DNA from: Archangium sp.
Lineage (GTDB): Bacteria; Myxococcota; Myxococcia; Myxococcales; Myxococcaceae
DNA: 36,049 nucleotides
NCBI GenBank assembly: GCA_031367385.1
Contig: JANLPS010000324.1
Location: 1 to 36,049, forward strand
Direction of reading: 5' to 3'
Part shown: piece after piece, positions 1-10,543 of the stretch
How the letters are laid out: every line of letters begins with the position of its first letter
Numbering within the stretch: the first letter of the stretch is position 1
Notes under the pieces: model-generated
Told to the model about the DNA's origin: nothing
Seen by the model: the letters and a program-made list of their open reading frames with translations, nothing else
Database searches by the model: none
Program-made: the position numbers and the translations under genes

Positions 1-64
1 CCGACGGCGGGGCCCCCTAATTTTTCAAAGCGGGGGCTCCTTGGGCTACCGTTCTCAGCCCGCT

Positions 65-1666
65 ATGGAAACCGAACTCACGCTCGAAGAGCTCAAGCTG
101 TTGCGAAGGGTCTCCCGGGCGGTCGATGACCTGCTCGAAGAGGCGCTCAAGGCCCGAGAGAGCCTCGAGCAGACCTTCAAGCGGGTGTTTCCTCCCGTGG
201 TGCATGAGATTGGCGCGATCGCGATGGCGGTCACGACGCTCGACGAAGAGCTGAACACCTCGACCTTTCAGCACGGCGACTTCGGCGGCGTTTTTCCCGG
301 CACGTTGCTGGCGAGCCAGGGCTGGGGCGTTCGGCTGCTCGACAACGGCAACACCCTGGTCTCGCAAGAGCTCGACCTGGTCGGCACGCCGGTGGGCGCC
401 CTGGGTGTGGTCTTCACCGGAGACCGGCTCAAAGACGCCGCGGCGCTCTCACGGCTGGTCGACACCATCGGCGAAGAGCTCGACACGGTGCTGGCCTCGG
501 TGCAAACCGCGAGCGAGAAGCACCAGCTGCTGGTCACCATCAACGGCTTCTTGTCGAACCGGGTCTTCGAGCTGGGCATGGACGGAGCGGTTCGCGCCCT
601 CTGTGAGCGGGTCAAGCTGCCCGGCTTCATGCTGCTCTACCGAGACGCGGTCGAATCGGGTGCGATGCACTACCGCACGTACCGCTACGGCCAGCTCGAG
701 CACTCGTCGAATGGGCGCAAGCACGCCGTGCTCGAAGACGCGATTCGAAAGCACGGCGCGAGCCTCGTCTCTCCCAACGACCGCAACCTGCGCGAGGCGA
801 TTGGCGAGAAGCGCGCGGTCGAGACGGTGTTGATCTCAGGCGTGGGCGACGCCGCGGCACTCGGCAAAATCACCGTCTGGAGCGGCGGTGATGGCTTCAG
901 CGCCTACACGATGGACGTGCTGCGGCTGCTGGCATCGACGCTGGCCCAGCGGCTGATCGACTACAACCGAGAGCGCATTCACCTCTCGCAGTTCTTCAGC
1001 TCACGGTCGATTGACGAGCTGCTTCGCGACCCGAGCTACGAGTCGAAGTACCTGGCTCCGCGGGCCGAAGAGGTTGGCATCGTGTTCGCCGACATCAACG
1101 GGTTCACCAAGATCTGCGAGCAGGTGCTCGAGCGGCCCGAGCGCATCGGCAAGTTCGTCGATGACTGGTCTGACGAGGCGGTGCGAATTCTCCATCGGCA
1201 CGGCGGCGTGTTCGACAAGATGGTCGGCGATTGCGTGATCGGCCTGTTCGGGCCTCCGTTCTTCACCAGCTCTCGGCACGAGCGAGCCGCGGCGGCGCTG
1301 AAGGCCTCGCTCGAGATTCAGCGCTTCACCCGCGAGACGATGAGCGCGCACCCCGAGATTTCGCGGCTCTCGGAGCTCTTGCACGTGCCCGGCCTCGGCG
1401 TCGCCATCGGCGTCAACCTGACGATGAGCTTCTGCGGTCTGTTCGGGCCGAATCGAAACTACACCTCGTTCTCGACCGGCATGAACCAGACGGCCCGGTT
1501 GCAATCGCTGGGAGGCTTTCGCGAGACCCTGGTGATGGCGCCGGTCTACGCGGCTCTCAAGGGCACTGATGACCCCGAGCTCAAGGCCCTCAAGTACGGG
1601 CCGCTCGAGGAGACGCCGGTGAAGAACGTGGCGCAGCCGCTGCGGTATTACAAAGTGACCGAGTGA
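65..1666 (+). CDS. Class III adenylate/guanylate cyclase domain protein with a large N-terminal soluble (possibly GAF-like) region
   Basis: C-terminal motifs VFADINGFT, DKMVGDCV and NQTARLQS match class III cyclases. ATG at 65 preferred over TTG at 41. Confidence 0.85.
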   Translation: METELTLEELKLLRRVSRAVDDLLEEALKARESLEQTFKRVFPPVVHEIGAIAMAVTTLDEELNTSTFQHGDFGGVFPGTLLASQGWGVRLLDNGNTLVSQELDLVGTPVGALGVVFTGDRLKDAAALSRLVDTIGEELDTVLASVQTASEKHQLLVTINGFLSNRVFELGMDGAVRALCERVKLPGFMLLYRDAVESGAMHYRTYRYGQLEHSSNGRKHAVLEDAIRKHGASLVSPNDRNLREAIGEKRAVETVLISGVGDAAALGKITVWSGGDGFSAYTMDVLRLLASTLAQRLIDYNRERIHLSQFFSSRSIDELLRDPSYESKYLAPRAEEVGIVFADINGFTKICEQVLERPERIGKFVDDWSDEAVRILHRHGGVFDKMVGDCVIGLFGPPFFTSSRHERAAAALKASLEIQRFTRETMSAHPEISRLSELLHVPGLGVAIGVNLTMSFCGLFGPNRNYTSFSTGMNQTARLQSLGGFRETLVMAPVYAALKGTDDPELKALKYGPLEETPVKNVAQPLRYYKVTE

Positions 1667-1754
1667 CTTGAAACCAGCATACGTGGTGAGCGCACGAAGC
1701 GTCGTCGAACGCCGAGCAAGCCGCCGACGGAGCTCAGCGGCGCCCGGCGAGCGC

Positions 1755-2306
1755 TCAAATCGGGCCGAGCCCGCTCTCGAGCTCTGAAAAGTCGGCCTCG
1801 CCCAACGCCGTGCTGTTCTCTTTGAGCCGCGCGAGCAGGTGTTGATCTCCGGTGTGCTCGAGCGCGCAGCCGGGGTGCAGGTACCCAGGCCCAGTGGTGG
1901 TGAAGGCGCCGGTGTCGACCTCGCGCTCGACGGCGACGCGCAAGGTGCCCTTCTCGATGGGCTGCTCGCACGATTGGCACTTCGAGCGGCTGGTCGAAGC
2001 GCGCTCGGCGTAGGGGTAGACCGCGCTGGCCTTGACCGCGGTGCCCTTGCCCTTCGCCGGGTTGGCCAAGATCGCGTCGAGCTCGTGGCGGTTGGGCACG
2101 GTGCCCGAGAAGGCCTTGAGCGCCTCGATCACCTTGGGGGCAAACGTGTTCGCCGCGCAGCTCAAGTGGTGCCACTGGTAGCTTGGGCCGTCACCGAACG
2201 CGTTGGGCGTCTCGGCCCCGAAGCGCAGCACGCCTTTGTCGATCTTCTCGCGGCAGGTGCGGCAGGTCGCGCGGTTCGACTTCGACTCCTCGATGATGTC
2301 GGCCAT
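1755..2306 (-). CDS. Protein with two PARP-type zinc fingers
   Basis: Two repeats: ESKSNRATCRTCREKIDKGVLRFG..WHHLSC and ERASTSRSKCQSCEQPIEKGTLRVA..YLHPGC (CxxC...HxxC). Start at ATG 2306. Confidence 0.85.
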   Translation of the reverse strand: MADIIEESKSNRATCRTCREKIDKGVLRFGAETPNAFGDGPSYQWHHLSCAANTFAPKVIEALKAFSGTVPNRHELDAILANPAKGKGTAVKASAVYPYAERASTSRSKCQSCEQPIEKGTLRVAVEREVDTGAFTTTGPGYLHPGCALEHTGDQHLLARLKENSTALGEADFSELESGLGPI

Positions 2307-2370
2307 GTGGTGGTGAAGCCCCCTCGGCGCGCACCTTACCGCAGGCAAGCGCGATAGCATGCCGACCGAC

Positions 2371-3609
2371 ATGAAATTGAATCGCCGCCATCTGCTCGTC
2401 GGAGCCGGAGCGCTCGCCGGAGCCGGAACGCTCGGCCTGCACGGCTGTCATCGCCTCGCGCGCCCCGAAGCCTCTGACGAACCGCTCTCAGATATCGCGC
2501 GGGCGATGGCGCTCCATGCGTGGGCTGGCATCGACGCGCGCAAGGCCATCGACACCCATGTGCACGTGGTCGGCCTCGGGGTGGGCGGCACTGGCTGCTA
2601 CGTGAACCCATCGCTGCAACAGCCTTGGTCGCACCCGATCAACGCGCTGCGCTTCGACATCTACAAGACGTCGGCGGGCATCACTGATCAGACGCACGGA
2701 GATCAGCAGTACGTCGAGGTGCTGCTCGAGCGCATTCGCCGCCAGCTGGTGCATGGGCGGGCGATGATTCTGGCCTTTGATCAGACGTACTCCGAGGCGG
2801 GCGTGGCTCAGCCCGAGCTGACCGAGTTCTACACGCCGAACGAGTACGTGCTGAAGCTGGCCAAAGAGAACCCCGACTGCTTCGTGCCCTGCGCGTCGGT
2901 GCACCCCTACCGAGCCGACGCGGTCGAGGCGCTCGAGGCGGCGGTTGAAGGCGGGGCGATCGCGGTGAAGTGGTTGCCGAACGCGATGCGCATCGACCCG
3001 TCGAGCGCCCGGTGTGACCGGTTTTACGAGGCGATGGCACGGCTTCGGGTGCCGCTGCTGACGCACTCGGGAGAAGAGAAGGCGGTCGAGGCCGACGAGG
3101 CGCAGCGCTTCGGCAACCCGCTGATGCTCCGCCGCGCGCTCGACCTGGGCGTCAGCGTGATCGTCGCTCACTGTGCATCGCTGGGCAAAAACCCTGATCT
3201 CGACCACCCTGATCAACCGTGGGTCGACAACTTCGACCTGTTTGGCCGATTGATGGGCGAGCCCAAGTACGAGCCGCTGCTGTGGGGTGAGATCTCGGCG
3301 ATGACGCAGGCCAACCGCGCCGGTCGGCCTTTGAGCGAGGTGCTTCGGCGCGCCGAGTGGCACCCGCGGTTGCTCAACGGCAGCGACTACCCGTTGCCGG
3401 CGATCAACGTGCTGGTGCAAACCCGGGTGCTCAAGAACCTGGGGTTCATCAACGCCGACGAGCGCCGCGCGCTCAACGAGCTTGATCAGCACAACCCGCT
3501 GCTGTTCGACTTCGCAGTCAAGCGAACGTTGGCGTACCGCGACGGTGAGGGCGTGCATCGGTTTTCGCCGCAGGTGTTCGAGGCGAAGACCGCGTTTCCA
3601 CGGCTCTAG
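2371..3609 (+). CDS. Amidohydrolase_2-type metallohydrolase with Tat signal, possibly a lipoprotein
   Basis: N-terminal NRRHLL twin-arginine motif, h-region and LHGC. Metal-site motifs DTHVH, THSG, AHCAS and GSDYP. Confidence 0.8.
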   Translation: MKLNRRHLLVGAGALAGAGTLGLHGCHRLARPEASDEPLSDIARAMALHAWAGIDARKAIDTHVHVVGLGVGGTGCYVNPSLQQPWSHPINALRFDIYKTSAGITDQTHGDQQYVEVLLERIRRQLVHGRAMILAFDQTYSEAGVAQPELTEFYTPNEYVLKLAKENPDCFVPCASVHPYRADAVEALEAAVEGGAIAVKWLPNAMRIDPSSARCDRFYEAMARLRVPLLTHSGEEKAVEADEAQRFGNPLMLRRALDLGVSVIVAHCASLGKNPDLDHPDQPWVDNFDLFGRLMGEPKYEPLLWGEISAMTQANRAGRPLSEVLRRAEWHPRLLNGSDYPLPAINVLVQTRVLKNLGFINADERRALNELDQHNPLLFDFAVKRTLAYRDGEGVHRFSPQVFEAKTAFPRL

Positions 3610-3644
3610 CTAAATGAGAGTAAAAACAATGACTTGGGCCAGGC

Positions 3645-3676
3645 AATCTGAACCTCGAGGTTCAGATTTCTGAACC
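3645..3676. terminator. Perfect 24-bp palindrome between convergent genes; candidate bidirectional terminator
   Basis: AATCTGAACCTCGAGGTTCAGATT (3645-3668) is self-complementary, and a third arm TCTGAACC follows at 3669-3676. Confidence 0.5.
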
Positions 3677-3698
3677 CTGAGATTTTCAAACCCCGCGC

Positions 3699-5763
<2,065 letters not shown>

Positions 5764-5768
5764 CCGTC

Positions 5769-6173
5769 ATGGCCAAGCTCAAGGTCGAAATCGTCACTCC
5801 TGAACGGCGCCTGGCGCAGCTTTCAGCCGACGAGGTGATTGCGCCCGGAGCCAACGGCTTGTTCGGCGTGCGCCCGGGGCATGCGCCGTACCTGTCGGTG
5901 CTCCAGCCTGGCCCCCTCACGGTGCGCGAGGGGGGCTCGACGCAGGTGTTCTTCGTCGCTGGAGGCTTCGTTGAGGCGGGCCCGGCGGTCGTTCGGGTGC
6001 TGGCTGACTCGGCAGAACCCAAAGCCGAGATCGACCAGGCCGCGGCGCAGAAGCGCATCGGCGAGGCCGAGGTGGCGATGAAGAAGCTCGACGTCGTCGA
6101 CCCTCGCGCGGCCGAGCAGCAGGCCATCATCGCGACCGAGCAGAAGCGGCTCGAAGTCGCCCGCAGCGCCTAA
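5769..6173 (+). CDS. atpC: F1F0 ATP synthase epsilon subunit
   Basis: VEIVTPER, GVRPGHAP, VAGGFVE and C-terminal helices; 5 bp after atpD. Confidence 0.97.
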   Translation: MAKLKVEIVTPERRLAQLSADEVIAPGANGLFGVRPGHAPYLSVLQPGPLTVREGGSTQVFFVAGGFVEAGPAVVRVLADSAEPKAEIDQAAAQKRIGEAEVAMKKLDVVDPRAAEQQAIIATEQKRLEVARSA

Positions 6174-6210
6174 CCAGATTTTACCCACAAAGCAGCCTGG
6201 AGCCCCCGCC

Positions 6211-6450
6211 ATGCGCCTGACCCGTACCCTTGTCGTGAGCCTCGCGATGTTCGCGGGTCTCCTCTCCGGCTGTGGCAGCAGCAGCAGCACCGACACCAGC
6301 GGCTCGCAGACGTGCAAAGAGCAGCACGCGTGCGAAAACGGCGCGTGCACCTGCAGCGAAGGGCCGAAGAAAGACAGCAGCTGCTGCGACCCCAACAGCA
6401 CGAGCTGCACGACCAACAAGTGCGACACGTACTGTAAGTACTGCACTTAA
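6211..6450 (+). CDS. Small Cys-rich lipoprotein
   Basis: Lipobox LLSG-C, Ser/Thr linker, then 10 more Cys. GGAG upstream. Confidence 0.75.
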   Translation: MRLTRTLVVSLAMFAGLLSGCGSSSSTDTSGSQTCKEQHACENGACTCSEGPKKDSSCCDPNSTSCTTNKCDTYCKYCT

Positions 6451-6454
6451 ATTC

Positions 6455-7291
6455 TTACCCTTCGGTCACCATGCGCTGCGCCCGGCCGGGCATGTACCCC
6501 ACCTTGCGCACCACCCGCTCGAGCGCCGAATTCGACTCATCGACGCGCACCGAGAGCCTCGGGAGCGACGAGAGCAAAAACCGCGAGATCTGCCCCATGC
6601 ACAGCGTCGCGTGCCCCTGCTGGCGCGAGGCCGGCAAGGTGTAGAGCCCCTCGAGCTCGGCGCCAAACTGCGAGCGGCTGCCGATGTCGAGCTTGACGAT
6701 GAGCGTGCCGTTTTCTTCGAGCACGTAGGTGCGCTTGGTCTTCACCCGCTGCCTGACCCGCATGGGGAAACCCTCGGGGTCTTCCGCCATAGGGTCGCGG
6801 TTGAACAGCTCGGTCACGCAGGCCGCCGCCAACGGCACCAGCTGCGGTAGGTCTTGCTCGGTCGCCAGGCGCAGCATCGGGTTGGTGAAGGGGCCCAGGT
6901 CATCGGCCGAGACCCCGAACAGCCGCTGCACCTTCGAGAACTTCACCGTCGCCGAGAACTGCTGCACGAGTGAATCGACCAGCGCCTTCTCGCCCATCGC
7001 CGCCTTCATCGTCACCGAGCCATGAATCGCCTTGGCGATGTCGATGATGGCGCCCAGCGGGCTCGCGCTCGGTATGACCAGGCCTCCGGTGCCTCCGACG
7101 AAGAGCACCGCGGTCAGCTCACCGCCCTCGAACCGCCCATGAAACGCGAAGGGAAAACGAGCGGGGTCGCACACCACGCCGAACTCTTCGACGATGCCCA
7201 GCAGATACAGGTTGTGAAGCGTGTCGCGGCCCAGCAGGGCCTTGAGCGCGTCGACGTTTCTGGGGCCAAGTGGCTCGACGGTGACAGCCAT
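6455..7291 (-). CDS. GNAT-family acetyltransferase (DUF4081/FR47-like)
   Basis: C-terminal LEGLYTLPASRQQGHAT acetyl-CoA motif and VDESN..VRKVGY. Start MAVTVEPLG at 7291. Confidence 0.75.
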   Translation of the reverse strand: MAVTVEPLGPRNVDALKALLGRDTLHNLYLLGIVEEFGVVCDPARFPFAFHGRFEGGELTAVLFVGGTGGLVIPSASPLGAIIDIAKAIHGSVTMKAAMGEKALVDSLVQQFSATVKFSKVQRLFGVSADDLGPFTNPMLRLATEQDLPQLVPLAAACVTELFNRDPMAEDPEGFPMRVRQRVKTKRTYVLEENGTLIVKLDIGSRSQFGAELEGLYTLPASRQQGHATLCMGQISRFLLSSLPRLSVRVDESNSALERVVRKVGYMPGRAQRMVTEG

Positions 7292-7316
7292 GTGAGGGTC
7301 GGCCTCGACTGTACCT

Positions 7317-7808
7317 TCACCTTGGCGGCGCGTCGAAAATGAACGTGTGCCTGGTCGGCGCGAAAGTCTCTGGGCCGGTGGGCTCGAAGCGCAGCTGGGC
7401 GAACACATCTTCGAGGCACGCGGTCAGCTCCGGGCTGGGCAGCGCGGTTTCGACCGACACGCCGGCAAACCCGCCGTCGATGGTCGGCTCGAACGCAATG
7501 GTGACCTCGACCCGGCCGTGCAGGTGCGCGTCGTTGTCGACGAAGCAGGCGTGCACTTCGCGAGCGACCGCTTTGACTGGCGCGGCGATGGCGTCGGGCA
7601 CCTGGGTGGCCGACTCGGGGGCGCCCGCATCGAATGTCGGCGGCGGCCTGACGGGCTCTGCTCGAACGACGGGTGGTTCGGTCACCCGCGCGGGCGTGAC
7701 CTCGGCAGCGCCCACGACCACCCCTCGGGGCCCACCCCAGCACCAGGCGATGAGCAGCGCCGCGAAAGGCACCAGCACGCCACCCACGATGAGCCATTCA
7801 CGCCGCAT
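7317..7808 (-). CDS. Membrane-anchored protein with AgmX/PglI C-terminal (TonB-C-like) domain
   Basis: N-terminal TM helix, Pro-rich linker, then VHACF..HGRVEVTIAF..ELTACLEDVFAQLRF with a Cys pair. Confidence 0.6.
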   Translation of the reverse strand: MRREWLIVGGVLVPFAALLIAWCWGGPRGVVVGAAEVTPARVTEPPVVRAEPVRPPPTFDAGAPESATQVPDAIAAPVKAVAREVHACFVDNDAHLHGRVEVTIAFEPTIDGGFAGVSVETALPSPELTACLEDVFAQLRFEPTGPETFAPTRHTFIFDAPPR

Positions 7809-7934
7809 GGGGCACCGACTTGTAGCCCGTGTCGCACACAGACGTGTTGCACTCACTTGAAAGGATCACATCGGCCTACCTGCTCGAAGGTCTGCAAAGA
7901 TCGAGAATCGAAACGGCCTGCTAGAGTGATCAGC

Positions 7935-9380
7935 ATGCCTGAAGAAGGCCGACCAGATTCTGAACACCAGATTGAAGCCGACGAGGTCGACGTTGATTTA
8001 GACGCGTCGGGCCCCCGTTTGCTCTCAGCAGACGAGGCCGCAAAAGTCGTGACGATTGACCCGAATTCAAATCCCCCAGACGTACCCTCTCCTTCGGCGC
8101 CGACGCAGGCGTACCTGGGCTCTTCTTCTTCGGTCGTGCCGCCGACCAGCTCGATGAGCACGCGCGCGGTCGTGCCAATGCCCTCGGCTCCGACGCCGAT
8201 GAACCAGGCTGGCGGTGAAGAGCTGGGGCTGTTCGGGCGCTACCGCTTGCACCAACGCCTGGCGATGGGCGGCATGGCGCAGTTGTTCTTGGCGTCAATC
8301 GACGGGCCCGACGGGTTCTCGAAGCAGTGCGTGGTGAAGACCATCTTGCCCGAGTTCGCCGCGCTGCCCGACTTCAACGAGATGTTCGTCACCGAGGCCA
8401 AGGTGACGGCGATGCTGCACCACCCGAACATCGTCGAGATCTACGACTTCGGCCGCGAGCAGGGCCGCTATTTCTTGGCGATGGAGTACGTGCGCGGGTG
8501 CAGCCTGCACCAGCTGCTGCGCGAAGCGTCGAGGGCGAGCATGACCCTGGGCCCCCGCATCGCGGTGTCGATTGGTACGCAGATGAGCGACGCGCTCGCC
8601 TACGCCCAGTCGTTGCGCGCGCCCGATGGGGCTCCGCTCAACTTGGTTCACCGCGACCTGAGCGCGGGCAACATTCTCATTTCGTCGAACGGCATGGCGA
8701 AGCTGACTGACTTCGGCATCGTGAAGTCAGACCTGAACCTGAATTCGACGGCCACGGGCGTGGTGAAGGGCAAGTACCCGTACATGTCGCCCGAGCAGAT
8801 TCGCGGCGAGCCGGTCGATGCGCGCAGCGACATCTTCTCGCTGGGCACGGTGCTCTACGAGGTGGCCACCGGCGTCTCGCTCTTCAAGCGCAAGTCGTTG
8901 GCCGACACCATCAACTCGGTGGCCCATGCCGAGGTGCGCAAGCCGAGCGAGTTCGTGCCCAATTTCCCCTCGACGTTCGAGCAGATCTTGCTCAAGGCGC
9001 TCTCGCTGCACCGCGAAGACCGGTACCAGTCATTCAATGAGTTCGGGCAAGCCCTCGACAGTTTCAGGCTCGCCTCGAATTGGACGGGCAGCTCCCGCGA
9101 GCTGGTGTCGATTGTTCAGACCCTGTTTCCCGGAGGGGTGGCGCCGGGCGCGTACCAGTCGACCTCTTCAGGGGCGATGCCCAACGCCGAGCCGACCGGT
9201 CAACCTTCGACCGCTGCGCCGACCCGCACCAAGGTCGACAGCAACGTGAGCAACGTGAGCGACTTTCAAGCGCTCAGCGCAGCCTCGCAAGGCGAAGGCT
9301 TCTCGTTCGGCCCGCTCGAGATTGCGCTCGCCGGTGTGGCGCTGATGCTCGTTGCGATTGTCGTTTGGCTGGTGGCCTAA
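7935..9380 (+). CDS. Hanks-type Ser/Thr protein kinase with a C-terminal TM anchor
   Basis: LAMGGMA, VVK, HRDLSAGN, DFG, YMSPEQ, SDIFSLG; hydrophobic C-terminus. Confidence 0.95.
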   Translation: MPEEGRPDSEHQIEADEVDVDLDASGPRLLSADEAAKVVTIDPNSNPPDVPSPSAPTQAYLGSSSSVVPPTSSMSTRAVVPMPSAPTPMNQAGGEELGLFGRYRLHQRLAMGGMAQLFLASIDGPDGFSKQCVVKTILPEFAALPDFNEMFVTEAKVTAMLHHPNIVEIYDFGREQGRYFLAMEYVRGCSLHQLLREASRASMTLGPRIAVSIGTQMSDALAYAQSLRAPDGAPLNLVHRDLSAGNILISSNGMAKLTDFGIVKSDLNLNSTATGVVKGKYPYMSPEQIRGEPVDARSDIFSLGTVLYEVATGVSLFKRKSLADTINSVAHAEVRKPSEFVPNFPSTFEQILLKALSLHREDRYQSFNEFGQALDSFRLASNWTGSSRELVSIVQTLFPGGVAPGAYQSTSSGAMPNAEPTGQPSTAAPTRTKVDSNVSNVSDFQALSAASQGEGFSFGPLEIALAGVALMLVAIVVWLVA

Positions 9381-9397
9381 GCAGCGCTGCCGGGGGT

Positions 9398-10528
9398 TTA
9401 GCGAAAGCGAACTTCAGCGCGCTCACCAACCGAGACGGTGATCTCTTTGCTCCGCCGGGTCTCGCCGTTGTTCTTGAGCTCGACCAGGGCCGTGCCCACC
9501 GGCACTGACCGCGCGAGCAACGGAGCCGACCCGTACGACGTGCCGTTGATGAATACCACGCCGCCCAGCGATGCAGAGCTGACGAAGACCTCACCTGTTT
9601 GCAGCGGGCCTGGGTCGACGGCCGGGCGCGTTGACTGTGCCGGAGCGGGCACTGGCGTCGAGGTCGGTGCCGGCGCTGCGCTGCTCACCACGGGCTGCTC
9701 GACCGGCTTGGCGGTCGCGACCGCAGGCCTCGGCTCGGGCGCCGGAGCCGCCACCGGCACCTCTTTCGGCATCAATTTTTCGCGCACGTCGAAGTCGACG
9801 GTCGTCACCTCGTCAGGAGTGACATTGACGGTGCGGTCGGCCAAGCGGGTGTTGCCCTTGAGCAAGACGATCAAGTGTCGGCCCGCGGCCACCGTGCGGC
9901 GAACCGGCGTCACGCCCGCCTCGTTGCCGTCAACCTCGACCAGCAACCCGACGGGCACCGAGAAGACCAACAGCTGGCCATCTTCGGGTTCAGGCTTCAC
10001 TGGGGCCGGGGCGCGCGAGGCCACCACCACGGGGCGCCTCACCAGAGCCGGCGTTGGCTTGGTCGGGGTCGGGGTCGGGGTCTTCGTGACCACCGGAGCC
10101 GCAGCCACCGTGGGCACCGACGGTTTCGTCTCGGGCAAAGGGCCGCCTGCCGCTGGCACAGCCGCTCGACGCTCTGACTTGTCTTGCAGCTCTTTGGCAA
10201 TGCCGAGCAATTCAATCTCGTCGCCGACGCCGCGACCCGACTTGACGATTTTGGTCAGCTCGTCGACCGCCCGTTGATAGTCACCGCTCTCGATTGCCGA
10301 CACGGCGATCGCCCGCTTCGCCCGCTCGAGGCTGTTGTCAGCCGAATCTTCGCGGGGTGGCGTGGGTCGCACCGCAACTGCCGGGAGAGCGACCCGCGTC
10401 GGTTCCCTGGTACGCGTCGCCCGAATGACCGTAATGCCGACGATGCAGACCAGCAGCAGGCCAATCGTCACCAATAACAACGTACGAACTCGAGCTCTCG
10501 AGGAGTCAGCCACCGAAGTCTCCGACAC
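9398..10528 (-). CDS. Membrane-anchored protein with two PEGA-like domains
   Basis: N-terminal TM, TPR-like helices, Pro/Thr linkers, LVFSVPVGLLVEVDGNEAGVTP and VFINGTSYGSAPL. Confidence 0.75.
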   Translation of the reverse strand: MSETSVADSSRARVRTLLLVTIGLLLVCIVGITVIRATRTREPTRVALPAVAVRPTPPREDSADNSLERAKRAIAVSAIESGDYQRAVDELTKIVKSGRGVGDEIELLGIAKELQDKSERRAAVPAAGGPLPETKPSVPTVAAAPVVTKTPTPTPTKPTPALVRRPVVVASRAPAPVKPEPEDGQLLVFSVPVGLLVEVDGNEAGVTPVRRTVAAGRHLIVLLKGNTRLADRTVNVTPDEVTTVDFDVREKLMPKEVPVAAPAPEPRPAVATAKPVEQPVVSSAAPAPTSTPVPAPAQSTRPAVDPGPLQTGEVFVSSASLGGVVFINGTSYGSAPLLARSVPVGTALVELKNNGETRRSKEITVSVGERAEVRFR

Positions 10529-10543
10529 AGGTTGTCACGCGCG

